From Chiloscyllium plagiosum (lineage: Eukaryota): 64,000 bases of DNA. The stretch covers positions 57,921,375-57,985,374 of the forward strand of contig NC_057718.1 in assembly GCF_004010195.1 (NCBI RefSeq), given 5' to 3'. A model generated the notes under the pieces. It was given only the letters and a program-made list of their open reading frames with translations. It did no database searches and had not been told where the DNA came from. Shown one piece after another: positions 51,289-62,832 of the stretch (positions within the stretch are counted from its first letter, which is position 1; each line of letters starts with the position of its first letter). Position numbers and translations under genes: made by a program.

Positions 51289-51374
51289 CGATGAACCCAA
51301 CATATTCACATTTTCAATCATTCTTCTCGAGGTTCGCTGCTAACTTCGCTCTGTCACTTCACTGGCATTTCTCC
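51289..51374 (-). other. Candidate exon (non-coding or 5' UTR, possibly with a start codon)
   Basis: On the - strand: ttcttcatcttttag/GGAG...TCG/gtaaga; stops in all three frames before a terminal ATG-initiated MIENVNMLGSS. Confidence 0.3.
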
Positions 51375-51764
51375 CTAAAAGATGAAGAATTGAAATATTC
51401 CTTTTGAACCAGCACTCTTGATAAACCGGCAAAAGTTATATGCTGGAAAATCCAGAAATTTACGGCATTATCATGAGCTCCGTGATGTCCAAGTAGGAAG
51501 TTGAGGGTGCGAGTGAGAAGTCTCTCTGCCGGTAAACTTTATTTAAGGCAAAGCTGCATTATTAATTAAGTTGCATATGGTACTGAAACCTATTCAATCA
51601 TCAGTGAACATCTCCATATTTTCTTACTTCAAATTTGCATCCACTAACACAATTTGTTTTCTCGGCAGTGTTTATGTCTGAACAATTTCAATTAAAGATT
51701 GATCCATGCGCTCAAATGAGTTATACTACATATTGTTCTTTTCCTCATCTACAATTTTTTTTTC

Positions 51765-52089
51765 ATAGAATCCCTACAGTGTGGAAACAGGCTAATTAGC
51801 CCAACAAGTCCACACCAACCCTCCAAAGAGTGTACCACCCAGAGCCATTCCCTGATCCTAGTGCATCTAACCTATAAATTCCTGAATACTATGGGCAATT
51901 TAACATGTCCAATTCACCTAACCTGCATGTCTCTGGACTGTTGGAGGAAACCGGAGCACCCAGCGGAAACCTATGCAGACACAGGGAGAATGTGCAAACA
52001 CCACACAGACAGTCACCTGAGGCTGGAATCAAACCCGGGTCCCTGGCGCTGGGAGGCAGTAATGCTAACCACTGAGCCACCGTGCCACC
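51765..52089 (-). mobile_element. Full-length HE1-type V-SINE
   Basis: tRNA head, V-domain and tail in reverse. Confidence 0.92.
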
Positions 52090-52204
52090 TTTCTTGTAAA
52101 CTTTGTTGGTTTCTGTCACTCAATTTTCTTCAATGACATTAAGATGGTTTTTCAATCCTAACTATCTGATGTGATTGAAATTTTGCAACGAGCTGTGAGA
52201 TCAA

Positions 52205-52521
52205 AGAATGCCTAGTATGGAAGCAGGCCATTCAGTCCATCGAGCTTGCACCGAACCTCCAAAGAGCATCTGACCCTGACCTACCCCATCCCTGTAGCCC
52301 TGCATTGGCAAATCCACCTAGCCCGCACATCCCCGGACACTACAGGGTGATTTAGCATGGCCAATCCATCTAACCTGCATATCTTTCAGACTGTGGGAGA
52401 AAACCCACACAAACACAGGGAGAGTATGCAAGTTCCACACAGACTGTTGCCTGAGGCTGGAATCAAACCTGAGTCCCTGGCGCTGTGAGACAGCAGCAGT
52501 GCTGACCACTGAGCCACCATG
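52205..52521 (-). mobile_element. HE1-type V-SINE (variant subfamily)
   Basis: tRNA head 'tggctcagtgg' and V-domain with a small deletion. Confidence 0.9.
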
Positions 52522-53718
52522 CCTCTTTTGAAATCACTGGCTACTTACCTGCTGACTTTACCCGGTTTGTCCAATCCTTTGTCCTAATTACTACAACTCT
52601 GAAATTAAATCTGGCAGGAAATATTATTTCTCCTGTTTGAACTGCAATAAATGTGTAAACAATCTGCGCAGCTAGATTTAATTACAATTTGTGTACCATG
52701 TTCAATGTGTGGTAATGCTAAATATTCAGGGTAATTTGCTTCTATCAGCCACTTTCCTGGGTTTAAGGACTTACTTAGTTTACAGTGGTGGAGGAAATCC
52801 ATCAGTGAGTATTAATATGAAGAGGGTATTATTTTAAACAGGATGTAGTTTATTGCATGATAACAATCAAATGCAAGTTACAATAGCAAATTAGATATTG
52901 TTAGAAAATCCAAAAAAATATCTTGGCCTTCTTTGAGACCATAAGATGTTCTGCCTGTTCCCAACCTAATTTGTTATGGCACCATCATATTGGATGGAAC
53001 ATAATGTATTCTTCAATATAAACCTTATTTTAAGACCATTATCCTCTACACCAATGAGCACCTCATTTGATAGTTGGATGGCTGGTTTTTTTGGTAATGC
53101 AGTGTGGGTGGTGGAGTGGGAAGCACCTCTCATGCAACAGAATATATGTTCAGCTCTGGCATTAATTAGGAGATGGCCCTAATTAGGAGATGCAGTCCAA
53201 GTTTATAGAATTTTCATCAATTCATGTTGGGTAGCTGTTCGGTGTGACAATCTATGTGCTGTCAAAACTTCAATTATGTGCATGGCACACCCATGCCAAC
53301 ACCTTCCAATCATGTAGCACAGTTAGTCAAAACCAAAATTGTGTTTAAATGCTGCATCCATCACTTGAGAACCTCTGGCACTGTTCCAGTAGCATGGCAG
53401 AGACAAGTTGTGAGGCTAAAGTCTCTTTTCCCAATTTCCATGATTCCTTCTTGCTTTGCTTTTTGCTTCATTCTCTTTCCTATTTTATTGTTCTCCTTGC
53501 CTTAATACTTTTTATTTTTCATCTTTCTTTTTTCATTGGAAATGATTGGTGGCTTTGCACAGAAGAAGGAGATGGGAATTCATTTGGAGAGTGTGATGGA
53601 GGCAAAGGACTGACCCTCAGAAATTTCCTGTCCCACCCCTCTCTGAACAATCAGCTTTCCCCAACCTTGGCATTCATGTTATAGTTCATTTCCACAGTTC
53701 CTCTTCCATTTCTGAAAC

Positions 53719-53948
53719 ACTGTGGAGTTTGCACATTCTCCCCGTGTCTGCGTGGGTTTCCTCCGGGTGCTCTGGTTTCCTCCCACAGTCCAAAGATGTG
53801 CAGGTCAGGTGAATTGGCTATGCTAAATTGCCAGTAGTGTTAGGTTAAAGGAGTAAATGTAGGGGTATGGGTGGGTTGCGCTTCGGCGGGTCGGTGTGGA
53901 CTTGTTGGGCCGAAGGGCCTGTTTCCATACTGTAAGTAATCTAATCTA
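53719..53948 (+). mobile_element. 5'-truncated HE1 V-SINE
   Basis: Starts at the V-domain; ends gtaatctaatcta. Confidence 0.93.
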
Positions 53949-54578
53949 AAAACCTCACAATTCCTACCATTTCTTCTTTTAGCTCAATACCTCCATCCTT
54001 CAACTATAAATTTAAATTATGATATTAAATGACACAAATGATTATTTCATTGATGAATTGTGAAATATATACATTTTTTAACTTTTTAAATCTTTATTTT
54101 GCACTTAAGAAATTTCAGTTATTGAAAATCCAAAGTGGCTGAATAAAAGTCTGAATTTTTGAGCAATTTATGGGAATCCAGTAACCACATTATATCTTTA
54201 CAGCAGAATCTGATTTTCCTCAATATTGAAGAGAGCTGTCATACAGTCACCTTCAAAAATAACAATCAAATGTAGTATTTTTATTAAGGCTTCATTCAGG
54301 TTAAATCCAGCTGAATAATTTAGTTTGATAAGGCAGTCACTGTGTAATGGCAAGATGGATGTTAAAGACAGCGAAGCTGTGATAAATGAACATAAGCAGG
54401 CTCCCTTTGTTAGACTGTACTAAGGACATGCAGAGATAATATGCAGTTACGGGTGGCAATATTGTGAATTGAGGCTTCAGAAAATGTAGCCAAATTATCA
54501 GAAAGGGCTTGTATTGCCAAAGTGGGAACGTTTACTTTCGGCTAAATACCTGTAGATTTATTTAAGTACTTGCCAGAC

Positions 54579-54599
54579 ACAGAGAGAGAGAGAGAGAGA
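54579..54599. repeat. (GA)n microsatellite
   Basis: acagagagagagagagagaga. Confidence 0.9.
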
Positions 54600-55839
54600 A
54601 GCCTATAGTTTGTTACTGTTGTGAAATGTTTCACTTTAAATGCTTACAAATGTGCTGTGGTCTTGGAGAATGTGGCTGGATATGCAGTTGAAGTTCAGCT
54701 TTAGCATTCTATTTGTTTGCTAAGAGCTGAAATGCATGGTGGCAAACTGCAATGAGGTGTGCTTAATAAATATTGATGGTTCCTTCAGACTTATTTGTGA
54801 GCAAAAAGGGAAGCCAAGTGAGAAATGAAGTGACAGGCTTTGTGAGGAGGAATGTTTAGCATTCTATCAGTGAATGGCTCAGTTAATGAGACTAGTGGTG
54901 GAAGGAAAATGGTAAAAAAAAATCTTGTTTCATTTCTCTGGACAAAGGGAAGGGCAAGAATGATTAGACTAATATAAGAAAGAAAAGAAAGTAAAGCTAA
55001 AAGTTATGTACTGTATATAATATATATAAAATGGTATGGTATTCTGCATTTCTGAAAAAATACAATGGACTGAATTCTTTGTTGGCTAAGTCCGAGTTTG
55101 CATCAAGTTGTAGAGAGATTTCTGGTGTGTAGCCTATTGAAATTTCTTACGGTATCTTGCCAAACTCACCTCATTATCTACCAGTACATTCATAAGGTGC
55201 TCATCATTTCCAATGTTAACATCTTACCGCACAACATTCCCAGAATAACTTGCCACTCAGTGAATATCCGCCTAAAAACCAGCATCCCTTGCTCCCATAC
55301 CATGCTGAGGGGCTGTGGTGCACCCCAGATCAGCTTTGGAAATCCAATGTTCCCCTTCATTGTCAATATCTTGACACAGCAGACATGAAGCTGTGTTACT
55401 TACAGTAATAGCCAGCTCATGGCTAATATTCCTTAACATATATAGCTTCAATCGCTCACCCTTGCTGCTGTTTAACTACACCACACACTTTACCTGTTTG
55501 TAGTTACATGTCATCTGAACACCCTTTAAGTCAGGGCTACCCTGGCACTAATGCCCACTTTAGACACACAGATACTTACTGTCCAGTATGGGGCATCATA
55601 TACAGGAAAGCAATTGGACAACTCCAAACATGAGCTTTTATTTACAAACGGCAAGAGTGAAGTAAACAAAATAAACCTGCGGCTGAAGTCCACTCTGACA
55701 ATGCAAAACCAAAGACTACTTTACAGTGATCTGCTGCAGCCAGCTCTCACTTTATGGAAGCAGGTATCTGGGATGATATCTCCGTCTTGTATCTCTCAGT
55801 GCAGCTGTCTCTGTCATGGACAAGGAGAGATTTCTCCTC

Positions 55840-56910
55840 ACCAGTATCTGATTCTCCTCTTCAGAAGACTGTTCCCATTCTCCTATTTCCTCAGCATATA
55901 GGATATCATTACCTGTTCCAGTTGTGCACAGCACAATATGCCAGAATGATGCAGAGCACTCTGTCTGTACTATATTGGAGGCACTCACAGACTGGTCTAA
56001 ACAGCAGAACTGCATCTATAGCAGTCCAATACTCTCTTCCAGCATGGCTCTGGTGGAGACGACATTGCATCTGTCCTCCATATCAGTCAGGGTTGTGCAT
56101 TGGTGACCTGAGCCATGGTCACAGTGAGTATCTGTTGTCCCCAAGTAACCAGACTTGTAAGACACCTGGAACCTCACATGCACTAGGTATATTAGAGTGC
56201 TTCACAATGTAAGAGTCATGGCAACTGCCAGAGTAGGGGGGGGGGGCACATACCTCCAGGAAGTGGTGATGGTGATCACAGATCCCCTGTACATTAATGG
56301 AATGGACACTTTTTCAGTTGATAAATTGCTCGGTGTTGTGATAAGGTCCTCTCAGCACCATGTGTTATGTTAATGGCACCCTGCACCTGGGGTAAGCCAG
56401 CACTGTTTCGAAATCCTATTGTGCCAGGTTGCAGTGCTGACCCTGGCATCAGGGAATAAAATGTAGCCTTGCACAGGTGGTGTTGGTCATTATCCTGATG
56501 CATTTTGGGTACATGATTGAGAGATCCCACGCAGCTAAGCTGTGACTCTCTGGAAGAGGCTTGTTGCAGAGAAGTTCAGTGCCACAGTCATTGGCACAGC
56601 CTCTGGAAGAGGATGGCATCTCCCTTCTGCAGCCATCAGGTCCTGCTCCAGCATCCCGCATGGCTCTGCGCAGCATTCCAGGAAGTACGGGACCCGTATC
56701 AATACGTTGTCTCACTCATTCCCAGGAAATGGAGTGAGTACCAGAAGACTCTGGCCTCTGATGGGCCAAACAGGTGTGACCTCTCCCTGAGCTAGATGCT
56801 CCTCATCTTCCACTCTGACCTTTTGCTGCTCGTGGGCTTGCAGTTGTTCCTGGTCTTCCTGGATCTGTCTTTGCCTTCTTAGGTAAGCAGCTGCAATGAC
56901 TAACACATCA
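55840..56910 (-). pseudogene. PIF/Harbinger (HARBI1-like, DDE_Tnp_4) transposase relic
   Basis: Across frameshifts: 'HPLPEAVPMTVALNFSAT', 'AGLPQVQGAINITH', 'HSINVQGICDH', 'GSCHDSYI', 'WLLGDNRY', 'TRAMLEESIGLL.MQF.CLD', 'AYCAVHNW'. These are the conserved Harbinger blocks in the correct order. Confidence 0.88.
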
Positions 56911-58053
56911 CCAGCAGGAGGGCACAGGAATCTCAGTGGAAATGTCTATATTGGGAACCGTATGTGTGGAAGTGGTTCACCAATACAAAATAATCATCGA
57001 TGGTAATATCCTGCAGATGAGGGCTGAGCACACCTCTCCACACAATGAGATACACTGCACCTTGATAGCAAAGGAGATGCCTCTATCATCCATCCAACTT
57101 CAGGCTCAACATATGCAGCAATGTGGTGGAGGTGTCGTCACAAAGGGAATGCTTACTGCACTCTGAGATCCTTTTAATCTCAGACCCATATCAAATGCTC
57201 AATATCTCACTACTCTCAGTACAGACTATTGTGACACTTATGTGATAGGACATGAAGTGATGGTGACAAGATCCCATACTTAAAAGTTTCACAAATAATG
57301 GTTTATCTTTGGCCAGCATTGGCCTTTTGTATTATCATTGCTGCTAACGTCAACATCTTTGAGATGCCCAAGTTCAACTTCCAAGCATCAATGGCAAGTA
57401 ATTCATCTTTGACTAGCCTCTGATCTTAAGCATCCTCACTCCGCATGCATACCCAATGGGTGACAAAGTAATTGCAAATGAAGTGTAGCTGGGGTTTGCA
57501 GACATCTGCTTCATGTCTGTTCTTCCAATGCCCCAGTGTCCAGCTAATGTGGATTCTGTGCTTTCACCCATCAAACTGACACTGACATCACCCATCCTGG
57601 CTCAGCAATTTTCAGTGAGTGATGGCAGAGAATGTGGTTTGTGGTGAACACCATCAGCACTAGGGCCCGTCTGGTTGCCATGTAACTTTCCAGAGCCTGT
57701 AAGCCATACCACCATACACTACCCCAGCAACTCATCTCCACCCATCACCATCACCCCCTAAACCCCCATCCCTGCAGAGGTCCACAACATTGAAACATCA
57801 CCAACAATTAACTTGATTGTTGCTGTTGGCCCCACAGCACTGACCATTGTGCACTCCCTGAACTGTACTGGGACAGATCCACTGATCCTCCGTCCACCAA
57901 GGGGACGACTAACCATGACGAAACCCATGGACTTGTGCGCACTTTATTTCTTAACTGATGCTACTGGGACTCCTTACTGAAAGTGAATCCTCTTTAATGT
58001 ACTGAGGATTAGTGCCAACCTATTTTCCAGTATGGTCATTTGGTTGAATCAGT

Positions 58054-58152
58054 ATTTTTTAAAAATCATTCATGGGATGACAGCATAGCTGGTTAGGCTA
58101 GACTATTTATTGCCCATCCCTAATTTCTCAGAAGAAAGTCACTTTTGAACCT
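58054..58152 (-). mobile_element. CR1-clade LINE/SINE 3' tail fragment
   Basis: 'cattcatgggatg...atttattgcccatccctaatt' is the reverse complement of the tail seen at about 4230-4280 and 41300-41355. Confidence 0.7.
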
Positions 58153-58272
58153 AGGATAGAGGAAAGGTTATTTATGAGCTAGCTGAAGATGACAGGTTCA
58201 AAGTTTGGGTGAAGATTTGTAGCTCGGGTGCTCATTGTTATGGTTCTGTTTGCCGAGCTGGAAATTTTTGTT

Positions 58273-58312
58273 GCAAACATTTCGTCCCCTGTCTAGGTGA
58301 CATCCTCAGTGC
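58273..58312 (-). ncRNA. Hammerhead ribozyme motif (family B) overlapping the ORF stop codon
   Basis: gca-CTGAGGA-t-gtcacctagacaggggac-GAAA-tgtt-tgc; cores intact, stem III palindrome altered (ACGT to ATGT), cleavage triplet GTT. Confidence 0.65.
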
Positions 58313-58820
58313 TTGGGAGCCTCCTGTGAAGCGCTTCTGTGGTGTTTCCTCCGGCATTTATAGTGGCCTGTCCCTGCCGCTTCCGGTTGTCAGTTTCAGC
58401 TGTCCGCTGTAGTGGCCGGTATTTTGGGTCCAGGTCGATGTGTTTGTTGATGGAGTTTGTGGATGAATGCCATGCTTCTAGGAATTCCCTGGCTGTTCTC
58501 TGTTTGGCTTGCCCTATAATGGTAGTGTTGTTCCAGTCGAATTCATGTTGCTTGTCGCCTGCGTGTGTGACTACTAAGGATAGCTGGTCGTGTCGTTTCG
58601 TGGCTAGTTGATGTTCATGGATGCAGATCGTTAGCTGTCTTCCTGTTTGTCCTATATAGTGTTTAGTGCAGTCCTTGCATGGGATTCTGTACACTACATA
58701 GTCTTGCTCATGCTGGGTATCGGGTCCTTCGTTCTGGTGAGTTGTTGTCTGAGGGTGGCTGTTGGTTTGTGTGCTGTTAAAAGTCCCAGTGGTCGCAGTA
58801 GTCTGGCTGTCATTTCAGAA
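58293..58820 (-). pseudogene. Penelope GIY-YIG endonuclease C-terminal domain
   Basis: 'YRIPCKDCTKHYIGQTGRQL...EH...H..DW...REFLEAWH...IN'. Confidence 0.93.
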
Positions 58821-59338
58821 ATCCACCGTCCGGACACGCCTTGGCGTGCCCATTTGCCACCGGGCGGTGGGGATCCCCAGTGGAGGGCTCTCTACGCGGG
58901 AGTCCTCCCTCTTTCTCTCGGGGATCTGGGGTGGAAGGTGCTGCACGCAGCAGTCCCCTGCAACCGCAGATTGCTGTGGTTGATGGACTCCCAGCCCAAC
59001 TGCTTGTTCTGTGGCGCTGTGGAGTCCGTGGACCATGGCACTCCCTTTTTGATTTTCTTAAAAACCTTCTCCTCTGTTTTTGGCTGCACTTCAGTCCCCT
59101 TTGATGTGAAGGGCAGTGTTTGTCACTGGCCACCCGGGTGTTTTCCTGTCTTCCTGGTTGTGGAAATTGAATAAAGATTGGTGCACTTTGTGTCTTTCAC
59201 TGTGTCTCACACCTGCACACACACACCATGGGTGCTGGGGATAAAATAAGCACTACCGCACTTAGGTGGTAGTGTGGGGGTTTTTTAAAAAAAGGGGAGT
59301 TTTAGTGGAGTGCATAAAACGAAAAAAAAGAAAAAAAT
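58821..59338 (+). mobile_element. Tx1-like LINE 3' fragment (internally deleted) with 3' UTR and A-rich tail
   Basis: Near-identical to 59425-59725 with two deletions; AATAAA at 59170; A tract at 59315-59337. Confidence 0.88.
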
Positions 59339-59344
59339 ATATAA

Positions 59345-60110
59345 ACAGGATTCTTCCCTTTCAGGGGGTAAAAAGGTGGGCCCTGTATAGACTGCTGCTG
59401 CACACCGTCCACCTCTTCTCCCTCATCCACCGTCCGGACACGCCTTGGCATGCCCATTTGCCACCGGGCGGTGGGGATCCCCAGTGGAGGGCTCTCTACG
59501 TGGGAGACCTCCCCCTTTCTCTCGGGGATCTGGGGTGGAGGGTGCTGCACGCAGCAGTCCCCTGTAACCGCAGATTGCGGTGGTTCACGGACTCCCAGCC
59601 CAACTGCTTGTTCTGTGGCGCTGTGGAGTCCGTGGACCATGTATATATTGGGTGTGGGCGTTTGCACTCCCTCTTTGATTTTCTTAAAAACCTCCTCCTC
59701 TGCTTTTGGTTGCACTTCAGTCCCACGCTCCTGATCTTTGGGCACCCGGTACGGAGGAAGGAGGGCTGGTCTGAAGACCTCTTCGTGGGTCTGCTCCTGG
59801 GCCTGGCCAAACTGGCCATCAACAGGTCCAGGCAGCGGGCCGTGGAGGGGGTCGTTAAGGCCGACTGCCTGCCCCTCTTCCGCGGTTACGTTAGGGCCCG
59901 AGTGTCCTTGGAGAAGGAGTACGCGGTGTCGACCAACACCCTAGAGTTGTTCTGGGAGAGGTGGGCGCGGCAGGGAGTGGAGTGCATTATTTCTCCCTCC
60001 AACTCTATTTTGATTTAGTCCCTCCCCTCCCCTTCACTGTTTAGATCACATAGCACTGCCCTTTGAGGTGAAGGGCAATGTTTGTCACTGGCCAGCCGGG
60101 TGTTTTCCTA
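59345..60110 (+). mobile_element. Tx1-like LINE 3' fragment: ORF2 C-terminus (zf-RVT) and truncated 3' UTR
   Basis: 'DLGWRVLHAAVPCN...CLFCGAVESVDHVYIGC' CCHC; stop at 60016-60018. Confidence 0.9.
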
Positions 60111-60224
60111 TTGTGAGTGTATGTGCAAGGACTCTCCTTGAAGGGGACTATCCCTGGACCAGCTGCCCTACAGAGAGAGGAAGGAAGAAAGAAGACGGAG
60201 AAGAAGAAGAGACCAGCACTCCCA

Positions 60225-60750
60225 GACTTGCCTCAGCTGTTGCTGCTTGGGGCCTACCTCACCTCTGCTGCCTGGGACTTGCCTTGGGGCCCCTCCCAGG
60301 ACCTCCACCACTGCCACTGCTGAAGGCCCACCTCCACTGCTGCTGCCTGGGACTCAATTTTGGGACTGCCTGGGACTTGCCTTGGGGACCCTCCCCAAAC
60401 AGGTCTGCCCCCTCACCGCTGCGACCAAAGGCCTACCTAGAACTTGCCTGAGGCTTGCCTCCACTGCTGCCGCTGCCTGAGACTCGCCTTGGGTCCCTCC
60501 ACCACAACTGCCTGGGACTCAATTTTGGGGCTGCCTGGGACTTGCCTTGGGGACCCTCCCCAACAGGTCTGCCCCCACCGCCGCGACTGAGGGCCAACCT
60601 AGGACTCGCCCGAGGCCTGCCTCTACTGCTGTTGTCGCTTGAGGCCTGCCTCCTCCACCGCTGCCTGGGACTCGCTTTGGCCCCTCCCTACAACCTCCAC
60701 CACTGCTGCTGCCGGAGGCCCACCTCCGCCGCCGCTGCCTGGGGCTTGCC
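60225..60750 (+). repeat. Complex tandem repeat in the Tx1 5' UTR
   Basis: About 8 copies of a ctgcctgggact-like core; two units of about 165 bp starting near 60343 and 60508. Confidence 0.85.
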
Positions 60751-60768
60751 AATATCCAGCAGCAGAGT

Positions 60769-62778
60769 ATGGCGAGCCCGAAGGTCACTGTGGGCGGGAC
60801 ACATTTGCCCGTCGACCCTCTGGAGGTTACGGCCCAGAGGGTCGTGATCTCTAACGTCCCGCCCTTCATTGCCAGCGAGCTCCTTCTCCCCCACCTTGCC
60901 ACCCTGGGGGAGATCCGGTCAGGGGTCCAGCCGCTCCTGCTCGGTCTGAAGGACCCCGCCCTCAGACACATCTACTCCTTCCGACGCCAGGTATTTATTT
61001 GCCTGGCCCGGGAGGAAGTCACCGAGGGCAATTTTACCGTCCTCCACGAGGGCGTGGCCTACCGCGCCTTCCGGACGGCGTGCGGTGCCACCTGTGCCAT
61101 GAGGTGGGGCACATAAGGAAAAACTGCCCCACCCAGAAGGCTGCCCCAGCCCGTGCCAATGGCTGATGGTGGTGCCGCCGCACACACTCCCCCTCCCTCG
61201 AAGTCAACACCACAGGCCCCGGCACCGAAGCCAGAGGCTTCCAATACTTCAGCCTCTGGCAGGGAGGGGGGTGAGCGTCCGGCTGGCCAGAAGGCGCGGA
61301 AGAAGACGCGACGCGTCAAGCCTGCCCACGGGGAGACCACCCTATCCCCTTCCCCGACACCTAGCCCACGACCAGCCCTGCCCCGGCACGACAATGCCCC
61401 TGCGGCTATGCCAGCGTCGCCCCGGTGTGGGAACCCTGACCCTCAAACCCCCGAAACCGTGCCTGATCCTGACCCCACACCCACTCCCCACCCCGATAGA
61501 GAAACCCCTCGGGATTCAACGCCTGCCCCTGGCAATGCAACACCTCGCCCGGGGGCACACGAGCCCGAGCCATGCCCAACCCAGCCACGCCCTGGCACTA
61601 ACCTGGGGGGAACCACTGCTGCTCCACCTCTTGCAGCGACCGTGTTTCCAGGCCCCGGAGCGGGAACTGGGCCCCTGCCCCTCCCTGCCCACCCTCACCT
61701 GATAAACCGGGGGCGGGGCAGGGCAGGAAGCGACACAGCTGGCCCTCCCCACCCTGGCCATGCCCCCTGTCTTCCCCCAGCCATTCGTATTCCGGGAAGG
61801 GCTGGGGGGAGGGACCTCGGGCCCCATGACCACCGAGGCGGGCGGGGAGGAGAAGGCCTATAAATTCCCCCTGGTCTCTCTGGGGAAGAGGCACCGGCCC
61901 CTGGAGGGGAGAGACACTCCAGCAGCGCGCTGGCGGTGCTGCCCCTCTCCGGGGGACGAACCAACGGTGTCCCTCGACTGTCCCACACCGTGGCCTGACT
62001 TACCAAAACCTCCAGGGGCTATAGCAGGGCCTCCTGCTGCCTTGACTCCTCCGGCCCCTGGGGAGGACCTCAATAACCACAAGGGCCGTGGTGCGGGCGA
62101 TGACGGAGGACCCTCTGCTGGGTCGTCGAGGGGAGGAGGGTGTTATCCTCGCTCCTCCCTCCCAGACTGTTTTTTCCGGGGGCCTTGGCCCTGGGGGATG
62201 ACCTTTTCCTGGGGGATGACCTTTTCCCCGAGGAGCCAGGCGTCCCGGTGTCGGGAGAGGAGCGGGGCCCCGAGCCTGTGCCGCCCGATGACCCGAACCC
62301 GGGGCGTTCTGGGAAGGGGTGCGCCGAGGAAGGTACTGTCGGTGACCCTGGGGGTGGGGTCGCCGGGGGTTTGAGGCCGGTTGGCGGCGCCAGACCAGCC
62401 CCCATCCTCTCGGTGGGGGAGGGGTCGGTGACCGAGGGTGACCTCCTGGAGGAGGGTTCGGGATTGGTGGCGGACACCGGGAACGACGCGGACTCCGTCT
62501 GCAGTGACATTTTTGAGTCCCAGGCTCCCCCCACCGATCTCCCCCTCATCCCCCTCGAGGAACTCCGGGAATTTGTCGAGGAAACTCGGGGTCGCCGGGA
62601 TAGAACCCAACTGGCGCTCGACCGCTGGAGCTCTTTCGAAAAAGTTTACTGGTCGGCCCACACTGCCCGCCAGGTGCCTGGGCTCGACATTAATGAGCGA
62701 AAGTGAGTCAGGAACTTCCTGGGGGCACTCCTGGTGAGGGCGAGGGACTTCAGTGCCCCTCCCTCGTCCTCCCTGTAA
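60769..62778 (+). pseudogene. Tx1 ORF1 (RRM, CCHC knuckle, Pro-rich and acidic tail), frameshifted
   Basis: 'RVVISNVPPFI...SFRRQVFI' and 'CHLCHEVGHIRKNCP' in a shifted frame. Confidence 0.88.
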
Positions 62779-62832
62779 ATATACAGATAGGTTTGTTAAT
62801 TGTACTGGTGGTGGTTGCACAAAGCTTCCGAC

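Larger units (their letters stand above)
58197..58820 (-). mobile_element. 5'-truncated Penelope-like element (family B)
   Basis: GIY-YIG ORF plus pLTR of the same family as 9005-9401. Confidence 0.93.

Noticed and set aside
55840..56910. Domesticated HARBI1 gene
   Set aside because: Multiple frameshifts, stops and a mutated catalytic Asp indicate a dead transposon copy.
59330..59360. Possible U2 snRNA target fragment (Keno-type insertion)
   Set aside because: No match to the U2 5' sequence at any Tx1 junction in the window.
60225..60750. Regularly recurring short repeat resembling a CRISPR array
   Set aside because: Vertebrate DNA; spacers are themselves repetitive and irregular; no cas genes; it is a LINE 5' UTR.
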